Assembly (NCBI GenBank): GCA_002309305.1
Contig: DBWR01000070.1
Coordinates: 87,121 to 151,120, forward strand
DNA: 64,000 bases
Direction: 5' to 3'
DNA from: Treponema sp. UBA1233
Lineage (GTDB): Bacteria; Spirochaetota; Spirochaetia; Treponematales; Treponemataceae
Shown: piece after piece, positions 22,554-31,705 of the stretch
How the letters are laid out: each line of letters opens with the position of its first letter
Numbering within the stretch: position 1 is the stretch's first letter
Made by a program: the position numbers and the translations under genes
The notes under the pieces: generated by a model
Told to the model about the DNA's origin: nothing
Database searches by the model: none
Seen by the model: only the letters and a program-made list of their open reading frames with translations

Positions 22554-22575
22554 AATAATAGACTTTAGGTGATAT

Positions 22576-23331
22576 ATGAAAATTAACGATTTTGACATAG
22601 TTCTCTTCGATTTAGATGGCACAATATATTATGGTTCAAAAATCATTCCTGGTGCAAATCAAACAATAGAATTTTTTAGAAATGCTGGAAAGAAAATTTA
22701 TTTTACTACAAATAATTCTACAAAAACACGTGCTCAAATTTATGAAAAGCTTTTTGATATGGGGGTTAACTGTAAATTAGAAGAGGTATTAACTTCTGGT
22801 TATCTTGCAGCACTTTATTGTAAAAAAAATAATCTCAAAAATGTTTATATATTTGGTTCTCCAAATTTGATTAATGAGTTTAATGAGAACGGGATTTCTG
22901 TCAACCAAAATGATAATGCAGAAAATTTACTAATTGGCTATAACCCATTAATGACTTATGATGATTTAACGGCCGCATTGCAAGTCGCTTTGCATGCCAA
23001 ACAAATTATAGCATGTAATCGAGAAAGAACTTATCCAGGAGAAAACTCAAAAACAATGCCAGGTTGTGGCGCTATGACTGCACCTATTGAATGGTGTTCT
23101 CAAAGAGAATGTGATATAATTATTGGGAAACCAAATACTCTGATGGTTGAACTCTTGTGTGCTCATGAAAAACTTAGCGCAGATAGGTTTTTAATGATTG
23201 GTGATACATTCGAAAGCGATGTTCGTATGGCCAATCGGGCAGGTTGTTTGTCAATTTTGATTGATAAACAATCTTTACATGATGATTGTATTTCAGTAAA
23301 ACAAATATCTGAAATAATTAAAATATTCTAG
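22576..23331 (+). CDS. HAD-IIA (NagD-like) phosphatase
   Basis: FDLDGTIY, TNNST, GKPN, IGDTFESD. Confidence 0.9.
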   Translation: MKINDFDIVLFDLDGTIYYGSKIIPGANQTIEFFRNAGKKIYFTTNNSTKTRAQIYEKLFDMGVNCKLEEVLTSGYLAALYCKKNNLKNVYIFGSPNLINEFNENGISVNQNDNAENLLIGYNPLMTYDDLTAALQVALHAKQIIACNRERTYPGENSKTMPGCGAMTAPIEWCSQRECDIIIGKPNTLMVELLCAHEKLSADRFLMIGDTFESDVRMANRAGCLSILIDKQSLHDDCISVKQISEIIKIF

Positions 23332-24421
23332 ACTCTTTTAAGTTTTCATTATGTTTAACAGGATTTTTCAGTATATTTTGAGCCTTTAACTTTTTTTCTG
23401 TTTCATATTTTATATTTTTCATGGTTCTTATAGGTAAAAAAGCTTTTAGAAGATATTTAAAACTTTGTTTTATGGTCTTAAGGAGTAAACGCGGTAGTGT
23501 GATTGGATTTGGTGATGTTTCAGTCCAACCAGAAAGATTTTGTTTTGGAAGTTTTGTTGAAAGTTCTTCTAGTTTTTGTGTATATGGTTTATAAAAATTA
23601 TCAATTATAAAATCAGAAAGTTCATAGTCATTAAGTTTCCAAATAAATAGTTTGTCCTCATATAAAAATTCTTTTACTCCATGAAAGTGATAAAAAACTA
23701 ATGTGGCTTTAACTTTTGTAATTTTGTTCGAAATTATAAAGGTATTTTCATCTTTTTCAATATCAAACTGCTGCACATTCCAAGGCGCGATACCGCATCC
23801 CATGTGTTTTTCTTCATGTACTTTCCCAGAAAATCTAGATAGCCAATCATCAAGATACTTTTGATCTCCAAATTTGCCATCTGTATATTTCCCTGGACAA
23901 AATTCCTCACATGCGTTTCTCCACCATTCAAGGACTTCATTTCCAGCTTCATCATTTTTGAAATACATAAATTGCACGCAATAACGGCCACTTGTCGCCG
24001 TCTGATCGTAGCATGGTGTATAGTTGTGTGGCGTGATAATGACGGATTCCCCTTTCAATTCGTCAAAAAGAACTTTTGGGTCATCATAAAAACATAAATC
24101 GGCATCCAAATATGTAATGGATGGAAGGTTATATTTTTTTATAAAGAATTGAATGGAAAAAGATGATAGAGTCCAGTTAAATTCTGTTCTTGTTCGCTCA
24201 TTTTCAAGTTTCCTAAGAACAGGATATGATTCCATTATATTTGCTAAAGAATTGACTGTAATATTCTCTTGTGGATTATCACAAAACCATTTGAAAGCAA
24301 TGTCATCGGTTGTAAGAATGTAAAGCTTGAACTCATCTGAACAATGTGACTTCAAGGATTCATACATTACAAGCCCACGTGAAAGATAGTTATGATCAAA
24401 AAGAGTGCAAAAAAAGGTCAT
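23318..24421 (-). CDS. Glycosyltransferase (GT-A, DxD)
   Basis: CTLFDHNYL, YLDADL, GDQKYLD, FYHFHG. Confidence 0.75.
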   Translation of the reverse strand: MTFFCTLFDHNYLSRGLVMYESLKSHCSDEFKLYILTTDDIAFKWFCDNPQENITVNSLANIMESYPVLRKLENERTRTEFNWTLSSFSIQFFIKKYNLPSITYLDADLCFYDDPKVLFDELKGESVIITPHNYTPCYDQTATSGRYCVQFMYFKNDEAGNEVLEWWRNACEEFCPGKYTDGKFGDQKYLDDWLSRFSGKVHEEKHMGCGIAPWNVQQFDIEKDENTFIISNKITKVKATLVFYHFHGVKEFLYEDKLFIWKLNDYELSDFIIDNFYKPYTQKLEELSTKLPKQNLSGWTETSPNPITLPRLLLKTIKQSFKYLLKAFLPIRTMKNIKYETEKKLKAQNILKNPVKHNENLKESRIF

Positions 24422-25527
24422 TTATTATCCCATCCGTTTATTGCTTTTATAACATATTGAACCTGTTCGTCCGTAAGCGTCGGGCTCATGGGTAGGCTGA
24501 GCTCCTGTGCATGAATTTTTTCTGTAATGGGAAAAGAAAGATTGTTCCATTCAGAATATGCCTTTTGTTTGTGAGGTGGAATGGGATAATGAATTAGCGT
24601 TCCTATCTCACGCTCTTTCAAATATTGTTGAAGTTCGTCACGTTTTTCTGTAAAGATTGGGAAAATATGATATACATTTTGCTCGTTTGGTAAAATTGAT
24701 GGTATTTTGACTTGGGGATTTTTAATTCCATCATAATACATTTTTGCAATCTGTTTACGGCGATTATTATCATCATCAAGATACTTTAGTTTGACAGCAA
24801 GAACTGCTGCATCCATTTCACTTAGGCGGCTGTTTTCGCCAATATAATCAAAAACATATTTTTTAGATGAACCGTAGTTTGCAAGAATTCTGACTAAATT
24901 TGCAATCTCGTCGCTATCTGTAGTAATTGCCCCTGCATCTCCAAATGCGCCAAGATTTTTCCCGGGATAAAAGCTGTGTGCCGCAACAGTACCTAAACTT
25001 CCGGTTTTTTTATTGTTGTATGAGCATCCCTGTGCCTGTGCATTATCTTCAAAGAGTTTAAGATCATGTTTTTTGCAGATTTTTGTTATTTCATCGTTGT
25101 ATAGACATCTTCCATAAAGGTGAACAAGCATAATTGCCCGGGTTTTAGAGGTTATTGCTTTTTCAATCTCTGAACAATCAAGCATCAACGTGTTTTCATC
25201 AGGCTCAATCAAAACAGGCTTCAAAATGTTTTGAGATATAGAAAGAATTGTTGCTATGTAAGTATTGGCTTGAACGATTATTTCATCACCTTCAGCCCAT
25301 TTGTAAAGCATCTTACATGCTCGAATCATTAATTCAAGTGCTTGTAATCCGTTCGCAACACCCACACAATGCTTTGTACCAATGTATTTTGCATAGTTTT
25401 CTTCAAAAGATTTGTTTTCTTTTCCTTGAAGGTACCATCCAGAATCTGTGACGCGAAGTACCGCCTCATGAAGTTCGTCTGCATATTTTGCAGTTATGTC
25501 TTTTAATGATAAAAAAGGTACCTGCAT
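24418..25527 (-). CDS. DegT/DnrJ/EryC1/StrS aminotransferase (FdtB/QdtB-like)
   Basis: EDNAQA, SFYPGKNLGAFGDAG, NSRLSEM. Confidence 0.88.
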   Translation of the reverse strand: MQVPFLSLKDITAKYADELHEAVLRVTDSGWYLQGKENKSFEENYAKYIGTKHCVGVANGLQALELMIRACKMLYKWAEGDEIIVQANTYIATILSISQNILKPVLIEPDENTLMLDCSEIEKAITSKTRAIMLVHLYGRCLYNDEITKICKKHDLKLFEDNAQAQGCSYNNKKTGSLGTVAAHSFYPGKNLGAFGDAGAITTDSDEIANLVRILANYGSSKKYVFDYIGENSRLSEMDAAVLAVKLKYLDDDNNRRKQIAKMYYDGIKNPQVKIPSILPNEQNVYHIFPIFTEKRDELQQYLKEREIGTLIHYPIPPHKQKAYSEWNNLSFPITEKIHAQELSLPMSPTLTDEQVQYVIKAINGWDNK

Positions 25528-25533
25528 TTATTA

Positions 25534-25953
25534 CTATTCCTCAGCATAAGTTTTCATTTCATTTATATATTCATCAAAATCTCTGATGTATTCAGTCCCA
25601 TCGTAATGAGTGTTTGCTAGAACAAGTAGGACAGAATCAGGTGAAAAGTCATACATTTCTTTCCAAATCATTTTTGGAATGTAAACGGCTTCCATAGGCT
25701 TGTTCAACTCAACGATTTCTTTTCTTGAGCCATTTGTTATCATGACCTTTGATTTTCCTGCAACATTCACAAGTACAAATTCGGAATTTCTATTTGCATG
25801 CTTGCCTCGAACTACCGTTGAGTCAGAACCGTAGATATAGAAAGCACGAGCTATTTCAAAAGGAATATCACGGCCACCCTCTACAACTACAAGTTTACCG
25901 CGCTCATCACCGAGATCTTTGAATGTTAAGAGTTTGTACATATCTGTTGTCAT
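25534..25953 (-). CDS. FdtA/QdtA-family sugar 3,4-ketoisomerase (cupin)
   Basis: DERGKL, IPFEIARAFY, RGKHAN, YIRDFDEY. Confidence 0.88.
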   Translation of the reverse strand: MTTDMYKLLTFKDLGDERGKLVVVEGGRDIPFEIARAFYIYGSDSTVVRGKHANRNSEFVLVNVAGKSKVMITNGSRKEIVELNKPMEAVYIPKMIWKEMYDFSPDSVLLVLANTHYDGTEYIRDFDEYINEMKTYAEE

Positions 25954-26192
25954 GTTGGCTTACCTAAATACAAACTATATTATATCATGTAAAAGTATTT
26001 TCTACAATCATTTGATTAAAAAAAGAAAAGTTAGCACCAAATTTGATATTTTAAACTGAAATATAATCAAACGATAACACTTTTTATACTGGACAAAACA
26101 GCTTTTGTAAAGTGGATTTGTCCAGTTTTATTTAGCAAGCTGTTTTTTTTCAATACTCCGCTTCTTGCCTATTAGAAAAGATTTGCCATAAC

Positions 26193-26240
26193 AAAAACCC
26201 GGAAGATGACTGTATAAAGCCATTGCATTCCGGGAAAAAA
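26193..26240 (-). terminator. Intrinsic terminator after the HU-like gene
   Basis: CCCGGAA...TTCCGGG stem followed by a T-run on the minus strand. Confidence 0.6.
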
Positions 26241-26280
26241 TAGAGTATAATTTAACTATCTTTTTTTTAGCTGAAAGGTA

Positions 26281-26661
26281 TCAAGCTCGCTGGCTGAACT
26301 TTGTTGCCTTCAGCTTTTCTTTTAGCTTTGGACTAGGCCGGAACAGAACCCTAAGGGTATCGATGTCCCTGGCTGTTGCATCCTCCGCTTTTTCATGACC
26401 GGTAGAAACAGAAAATGAAAGGCGGAATATTCCAAATCCCTCGCAATTTACAGCTTCTCCACGCATGAGGTGTGCCGGTATGCTTTGCATGAAACAGGCA
26501 ATGCATGCCTTTACATCAGCAGGTGTTAGTGACGTTGCCAGGGATATTTCCTCGGCAAGCTCATCGGTTGAGCACTGGTCGCTCCATATGGGAGAGACGT
26601 AGTACTTGGGATCAGCGGTTTTGTCCAATGGATTAGGACGTAAAATGATGGTATAGTGCAT
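26281..26661 (-). CDS. HU-family DNA-binding protein, Bacteroidetes type (TIGR01201-like)
   Basis: Start refined to ATG 26661 (GGAGGTGA RBS); DELAEEIS-TSLT-ADV, GEAV--EGFGIFRLS, LFRPS. Confidence 0.82.
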   Translation of the reverse strand: MHYTIILRPNPLDKTADPKYYVSPIWSDQCSTDELAEEISLATSLTPADVKACIACFMQSIPAHLMRGEAVNCEGFGIFRLSFSVSTGHEKAEDATARDIDTLRVLFRPSPKLKEKLKATKFSQRA

Positions 26662-26748
26662 TGTATCACCTCCGTTAAAATTTGTTACAAAAACAGCTGT
26701 AGTCACATCACAATTGACAAAAGGAAAGTGACTTTTGTAACTAATGGT

Positions 26749-26777
26749 ATTATACGATGTGTTTGAGTGAATGTCAA
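26749..26777 (-). promoter_or_regulatory. Perfect sigma70 promoter of the HU-like gene
   Basis: TTGACA-17 nt-TATAAT on the minus strand. Confidence 0.85.
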
Positions 26778-26917
26778 TACCAAAAGAACAAAAAGTGATA
26801 GAAGTGTAAGAAAAAGTTGTTAAAAAGATAGAATAAAGCTATAAAAAAGTAACAAAAAAGGAGAAAATAGCTTTATTACCTCTTGTTTTTTTTTTATTTG
26901 ACGATATAATAGTCAGT

Positions 26918-28339
26918 ATGATTGAAGACGTTGAAAACAAAGGTGGAATAGTACGATTTGTATCTCTGGAAATAGAAAATTTCGGATGTGTCAATAAAGG
27001 AAAGATCTCCATGGACGATGATTTCCCTGACAAATCAAATGTCTTGGGATTATACGGGCAGAACGGTTCCGGTAAGTCAACCTTTATAAGGGCTATGGCC
27101 TTGCTGCGCTTGTTGTTGTGTGGTGCTTACATTACAGATGTCCAGGACTACATAACTGCTGGTGAGAACTGGATGTCCTTGAAGGCTGATTTCAACGTTT
27201 TTGCCGGGGTCCATAAAAAATTAATGACTTATTTTATAAAGATCCATGCAATAAGCCCGATGCAAAACAACGGTCAAAAGTGGCGCGTGTCAGAGGAAGA
27301 AATAAATCTCTATGATATTGATAATCTGAAGGGCAAGACAAGCCTCGTCTTTGTAAGGGATAATCCGGTTTCCCTTGTACAACCTGCCACTGTAAAGAAA
27401 ATGCTTTCAAATTATATTGAAAAAAAATCTGGTATAACAAAGGACATAGCGGCCCAACTGTTTTTTTTAAGGCAGCAGGATAAATCGGACTTTTATGGAG
27501 CCTCATTTATTTTTGGTGAAGACATGATTTCTCTGTATAAGTCATTTGCTGCAGAAAGCAAAAATGATTCAATAATTGATTATCTTCCTGTAATTCAAGA
27601 ATATGCTAAAAACTTCCTTTTTGTAATAACAGATTCATTCTGGAAAGAGAGTTCAAGAAATGAGGTGCTTCCAATAATCTTTCCAAATCAGAAAATCTGG
27701 GAAAATGAGGCAATCAATTATTTCCCAGTAAACCTTAATAAACCAACTTTTTCAAAGGAAGAAGTACAGGGAGATTTTCTGGGCTTGATTGACCGGCTGA
27801 ATTCCTTCATAGCTACAGTTGCGCCTGGCACAAGATTGCTTGCGGAGGTCAACCGAAATGTATTGGAAAAACCGGACGGAACCTTCTACGATGTATATAC
27901 CGTCAAGGATGATAAAATAATCCCCATCAGATTTGAAAGTGCTGGTATAAAAAGGTTACTTTCCATCATTGGGATACTTGTCATGGCTTACGGTAACGGT
28001 TCTGTAATGCTCTGCATAGATGAAATGGACAGCAGCATCCATGATCATGTTCTTGAGGTGTTTTTCAAGCTTTTTTTGGAAAGCGGAAAGGGGCAAATTT
28101 TCTTTGCGTCTAACAATCAGCATTTGATGGAAATTTTGGACAAGAGCCAGTGCTGGTTAACGACGACAAAACCTTCGGATCGTTATACAAGGCTGAAATA
28201 CGTCAAACCGAATAACAATCTGCACAGCCTTTACATGACCCTTGTCGAAAAAGGCGGTGACGAGAAAAACCCAGATCTGTTCAATCCTTTGGATGTTGAG
28301 GGAATGAAAAAAGTATTTGACGAGGCGTTTGGAAAGTGA
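26918..28339 (+). CDS. AAA_21/AAA_15-type ATPase (AbiEii/RloA-like)
   Basis: LEIENF, GQNGSGKST, ESAGIKRL signature, IDEMDSSIH Walker B. Confidence 0.8.
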   Translation: MIEDVENKGGIVRFVSLEIENFGCVNKGKISMDDDFPDKSNVLGLYGQNGSGKSTFIRAMALLRLLLCGAYITDVQDYITAGENWMSLKADFNVFAGVHKKLMTYFIKIHAISPMQNNGQKWRVSEEEINLYDIDNLKGKTSLVFVRDNPVSLVQPATVKKMLSNYIEKKSGITKDIAAQLFFLRQQDKSDFYGASFIFGEDMISLYKSFAAESKNDSIIDYLPVIQEYAKNFLFVITDSFWKESSRNEVLPIIFPNQKIWENEAINYFPVNLNKPTFSKEEVQGDFLGLIDRLNSFIATVAPGTRLLAEVNRNVLEKPDGTFYDVYTVKDDKIIPIRFESAGIKRLLSIIGILVMAYGNGSVMLCIDEMDSSIHDHVLEVFFKLFLESGKGQIFFASNNQHLMEILDKSQCWLTTTKPSDRYTRLKYVKPNNNLHSLYMTLVEKGGDEKNPDLFNPLDVEGMKKVFDEAFGK

Positions 28340-28371
28340 CAAGTTAGTGGAATTGGTTAATCACTGAATGA

Positions 28372-28459
28372 AAACATATATATCATAATTTATTAAGGTA
28401 TATACTTTAGTCAGCTATGATATATACTTTACAGAATTAAGGTATATATGAAAATCCAA
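28372..28459. repeat. Four degenerate 22-bp-phased units with a TATATA core
   Basis: TATATA at 28377, 28399, 28421 and 28443; TAAGGTATATA in units 2 and 4; TATATACTTTA in units 2 and 3. Confidence 0.55.
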
Positions 28460-28575
28460 TTCATTCCTAGTAAAAATCTTCAAGATATGATATAATAATA
28501 CTGTACTGCCTAAGCGCAACTTGGACAAAACAAAAAAGCTAATAAGGTGTATAATACAGGTAAAGGGGGCACCTT

Positions 28576-28896
28576 ATGGCAGAACGGAAACACTACACAG
28601 CAGAGGAAAAGGCTGCTATCGTACTTGAAGTGATTCAGGATGGGAAGAAAATCTCCGAAGTTGCTGAGGAGCATCAGATACACCCGAATCAAATCATGAA
28701 CTGGAGGAAGCAGACTCTTGAAAGCATGGCAGAACTCTTCAAGACTGAGCGGAAGGACATCACCGCAAAAAAGGAAAAGCGTGAAATCTCCGAGATGAAG
28801 GAACAGATTGCGAAAAAGGATTCCATAATCGCTGAACTTGCGGGCGAGAACATGGCCCTTAAAAAAAATTTCTCTGGCCGGATATCGGGAAAATAA
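28576..28896 (+). CDS. IS OrfA (HTH transposase subunit)
   Basis: YTAEEKAAIV, IHPNQIMNWRK; A8 slippery run at 28861-28868. Confidence 0.8.
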   Translation: MAERKHYTAEEKAAIVLEVIQDGKKISEVAEEHQIHPNQIMNWRKQTLESMAELFKTERKDITAKKEKREISEMKEQIAKKDSIIAELAGENMALKKNFSGRISGK

Positions 28897-28916
28897 AGGC
28901 GAGCCTTGAGCTTCGG

Positions 28917-29537
28917 ATGCTGATAAGCGGAGAGGCACATGAGAAAGGTTTCCATCAGCCCGAAAAACCTAACGAGCAGTGGCACACCGACTTCTCGTAC
29001 ATTCGGATTGGCGGGAAGTTCTATTACTTCTCTGCGGTTCTTGACGGCTACTCCCGGAAAATCCTCGTATGGGATTTATTCGAGGACATGAAGGAGTTCA
29101 ACGTGGAGCTTCTGGTAACGAAGGCGAAGGAAGTTTATCCCGATGCGAAGCCTAGGATCATACACGACAACGGAAAAAAGTATGTCAGCGATGATTTCCA
29201 CAAGCTTCTCGTCCAGCTTGAGATTGTGGACTCAAGGACACGTCCTTTCCATCCGCAGTCAAACGGCAAGGTCGAACGCTTCCACAGGACCTTAAAGAAT
29301 TAGCATGTGAGGCGTACACCGTACGTATCGGCATCTTATGCGGAACTCAAAATCGCAGGATGGATCTGCTGGTACAACTCGGAGAGGCTGAATGGGGCAA
29401 TATTCTACCTGACACCAGATGAAGTTTTCGAAGGAAAGATGGAAGAAAGGCTTGAAGAAAGAAAAATGAAGCTTTATAATGCAAGTATCAGGCGGCAGAA
29501 ATTCTGGAAAAATAAACAAAACTTCCAGAGTGCTTGA
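28917..29537 (+). pseudogene. IS OrfB DDE transposase, N-terminally deleted and interrupted by TAG at 29301-29303
   Basis: WHTDFSYI, DGYSR, HDNG, PQSNGKVERFH; same frame continues after the stop with YNSERL and YLTPDE. Confidence 0.82.
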
Positions 29538-29615
29538 CCACCTTATTAGCTTTTGCAAATCTGTCCAAGTTCACCTTAGGCGGAACACTTAAAACACTAA
29601 AGATATGGAGGATTT

Positions 29616-30869
29616 ATGAAAAAATCAATAATTTTTCTTTTTATTCTATTTTCCTTTTTTTTCTCATCATGTACTTTTAACACTAAAAACCCTGACGAAG
29701 ATACAAGCTTTGCAATGTATGAGAAATTTATTGTTTCAGATGATGTTTTGCAATCGACCGGAATCCCGACTGTTTCTATTCAAACAGAAGGTAATTCAAA
29801 AATTTTAAGTAAAGAAGACTGGACCTCGGCAACGGTAGGAATTTCAAATGCATCAGAAGAAGAATGGAATTTTGAAACGACAGAAGTTTCAATACGTGGT
29901 CGTGGGAATTTTTCCTGGTCACAGCCAAAAAGATCATACGCCTTAAAGTTTTCAAAGAAACAATCTGTTTGTGGAATGCCAAAACACAAACGTTGGGTGT
30001 TGCTCGCAAATTACAATGATAATTCTTTTATGAAAAATGTTGTTGCGTTCTACTTAAGTAAGCACCTTGGAATGGACTATACTGTAAAAGGTGAATATGT
30101 AAATCTAGTTTTAAATGGAAATTATGTTGGCTTGTACTGGCTCTGTGAAGCTATCAAAATAGATAAATCTCGTGTAAATATTGATGAAGAAAATGATTAT
30201 TTAATCGAAATGGATGTTTATTATGATGAAACTTGGAAATTTCATTCAAATTACAAGAAACTTCCATACATGATTAAAAATGATGATAATATGACTGATG
30301 AAAAACTGTCAAACATAAAAAATCATGTTAGAGAAATGGAAGCTGTTTTATACAATTCAAATTTTCCATTTACAGACGAGACCAAAACAACTTATGATGA
30401 GACATACAAGAATTTCATTGATCTAAAATCATTTGCACAATTTTATCTCGTTAATGAAATTATGTATAATGAAGAGCTTAACCATCCAAAAAGTTGTTAT
30501 TTCACATTAAAATCAGAAACAGGAATATTAAAAGCTGGTCCTGTATGGGACTTTGATTGGGCAGGTTACAATCCATCAAATACTTTAGGATTAAAGAAAA
30601 CTATTTATTTTGATGCATTGTTCAAAATACCACAATTCAATGAAGAGCTTAATACAATAATAAGCAAATTATCAACCTCTGAAATATCATCGGAAATTAG
30701 TTCAACACAATCGAAAATAAGAGCCTCAGTAGAATTAGATGGTAAAAGATGGGGAACAAAACACAGAAATCCTGTAGGTGAAAAACGAAATAATTTCGAT
30801 GAATATGTATCTTATCTTGAAGATTGTGTAATAACAAGAGTAGAATATATGAAAAATAATCCGTTTTAA
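29616..30869 (+). CDS. CotH-kinase-family lipoprotein
   Basis: Lipobox FFSSC; IRGRGN, WVLLANY, GPVWDFD. Confidence 0.85.
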   Translation: MKKSIIFLFILFSFFFSSCTFNTKNPDEDTSFAMYEKFIVSDDVLQSTGIPTVSIQTEGNSKILSKEDWTSATVGISNASEEEWNFETTEVSIRGRGNFSWSQPKRSYALKFSKKQSVCGMPKHKRWVLLANYNDNSFMKNVVAFYLSKHLGMDYTVKGEYVNLVLNGNYVGLYWLCEAIKIDKSRVNIDEENDYLIEMDVYYDETWKFHSNYKKLPYMIKNDDNMTDEKLSNIKNHVREMEAVLYNSNFPFTDETKTTYDETYKNFIDLKSFAQFYLVNEIMYNEELNHPKSCYFTLKSETGILKAGPVWDFDWAGYNPSNTLGLKKTIYFDALFKIPQFNEELNTIISKLSTSEISSEISSTQSKIRASVELDGKRWGTKHRNPVGEKRNNFDEYVSYLEDCVITRVEYMKNNPF

Positions 30870-30912
30870 GAGATTATTAATCAACCAGAGTTGTTGTATA
30901 AAAAGGTATTTA

Positions 30913-31695
30913 TCAGAAAGATTTTATCTTTCTGATAAATTTTATAATTCCATAGGGAATGAAATTTTTTAAGAATTCTTTAAGCGGATTTCTATGATAA
31001 TTCCCATATTTTTTCAATATTTTATCCTTTTCTTTCCAACGAGCTTTGTTAACAATACTGCTAAGTCCCCCGCCTTCAAAATTACAAATAATGTGGTTTA
31101 TCCAAAAGAACTTCGCGCCGTTTTTTTTGAATCTGTTCCAAAGCTCAAAGTCGGCATAAATTTTATATTGCTCATCATAATTTCCGAATTTTTTATGTAA
31201 GTCCAATGGAATAAACGCAGCCTGATGGGAAAGAGGTGTTGTATCGATATTTACAGAGGAAGGCCCCTCTGCACCAATAAATATTCCATTATCATATTTA
31301 CTAATTGCACCATACAGGACGCTGCCTGGATTATCTTTTTCCCAAAATGGCAGTTTTTCAAGGGAATCGGGTATGAAGCAATCTCCAGAATTCATCATGT
31401 TCACAAGAATGCCATTAGCATGTTCAAGGCCTTTATTCATGGCATTGTAAATACCTTTGTCGGGTTCACTGCACCAATAGGTTATTTTATTGGCATATTT
31501 AGGATTTTTAAGAAATTCTTTAATTACATCAACACTGTCATCTGTACTTGCACCATCTATGATAATATACTCATAGTCATTAAAGGTGAGGTTAAAGACG
31601 GATTCCATAGTTTTCCTCAATCCTGTTGCATTATTGCGATTTACAGTTATAATGGATAGAAGAGGATTACCGCTAGATTTATTGTAAGATTCCAT
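30913..31695 (-). CDS. GT2 glycosyltransferase (WcaE-like)
   Basis: IIDGASTD, SEPDKGIYNAMNKG, MNSGD, HQA. Confidence 0.88.
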   Translation of the reverse strand: MESYNKSSGNPLLSIITVNRNNATGLRKTMESVFNLTFNDYEYIIIDGASTDDSVDVIKEFLKNPKYANKITYWCSEPDKGIYNAMNKGLEHANGILVNMMNSGDCFIPDSLEKLPFWEKDNPGSVLYGAISKYDNGIFIGAEGPSSVNIDTTPLSHQAAFIPLDLHKKFGNYDEQYKIYADFELWNRFKKNGAKFFWINHIICNFEGGGLSSIVNKARWKEKDKILKKYGNYHRNPLKEFLKNFIPYGIIKFIRKIKSF

Positions 31696-31705
31696 AATGA
31701 TTCCT

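Larger units (their letters stand above)
28502..29587 (+). mobile_element. Decayed IS3-family insertion sequence, 1086 bp
   Basis: TGT...ACA ends; imperfect 48-49 bp terminal IRs (28502-28549 and 29539-29587) sharing GCCTAAG, AACTTGGACA and AAAAGCTAATAAGGTG; no target duplication seen. Confidence 0.85.

Noticed and set aside
28372-28459. CRISPR array
   Set aside because: Units are degenerate, have no repeat-spacer structure, and no cas genes are present.
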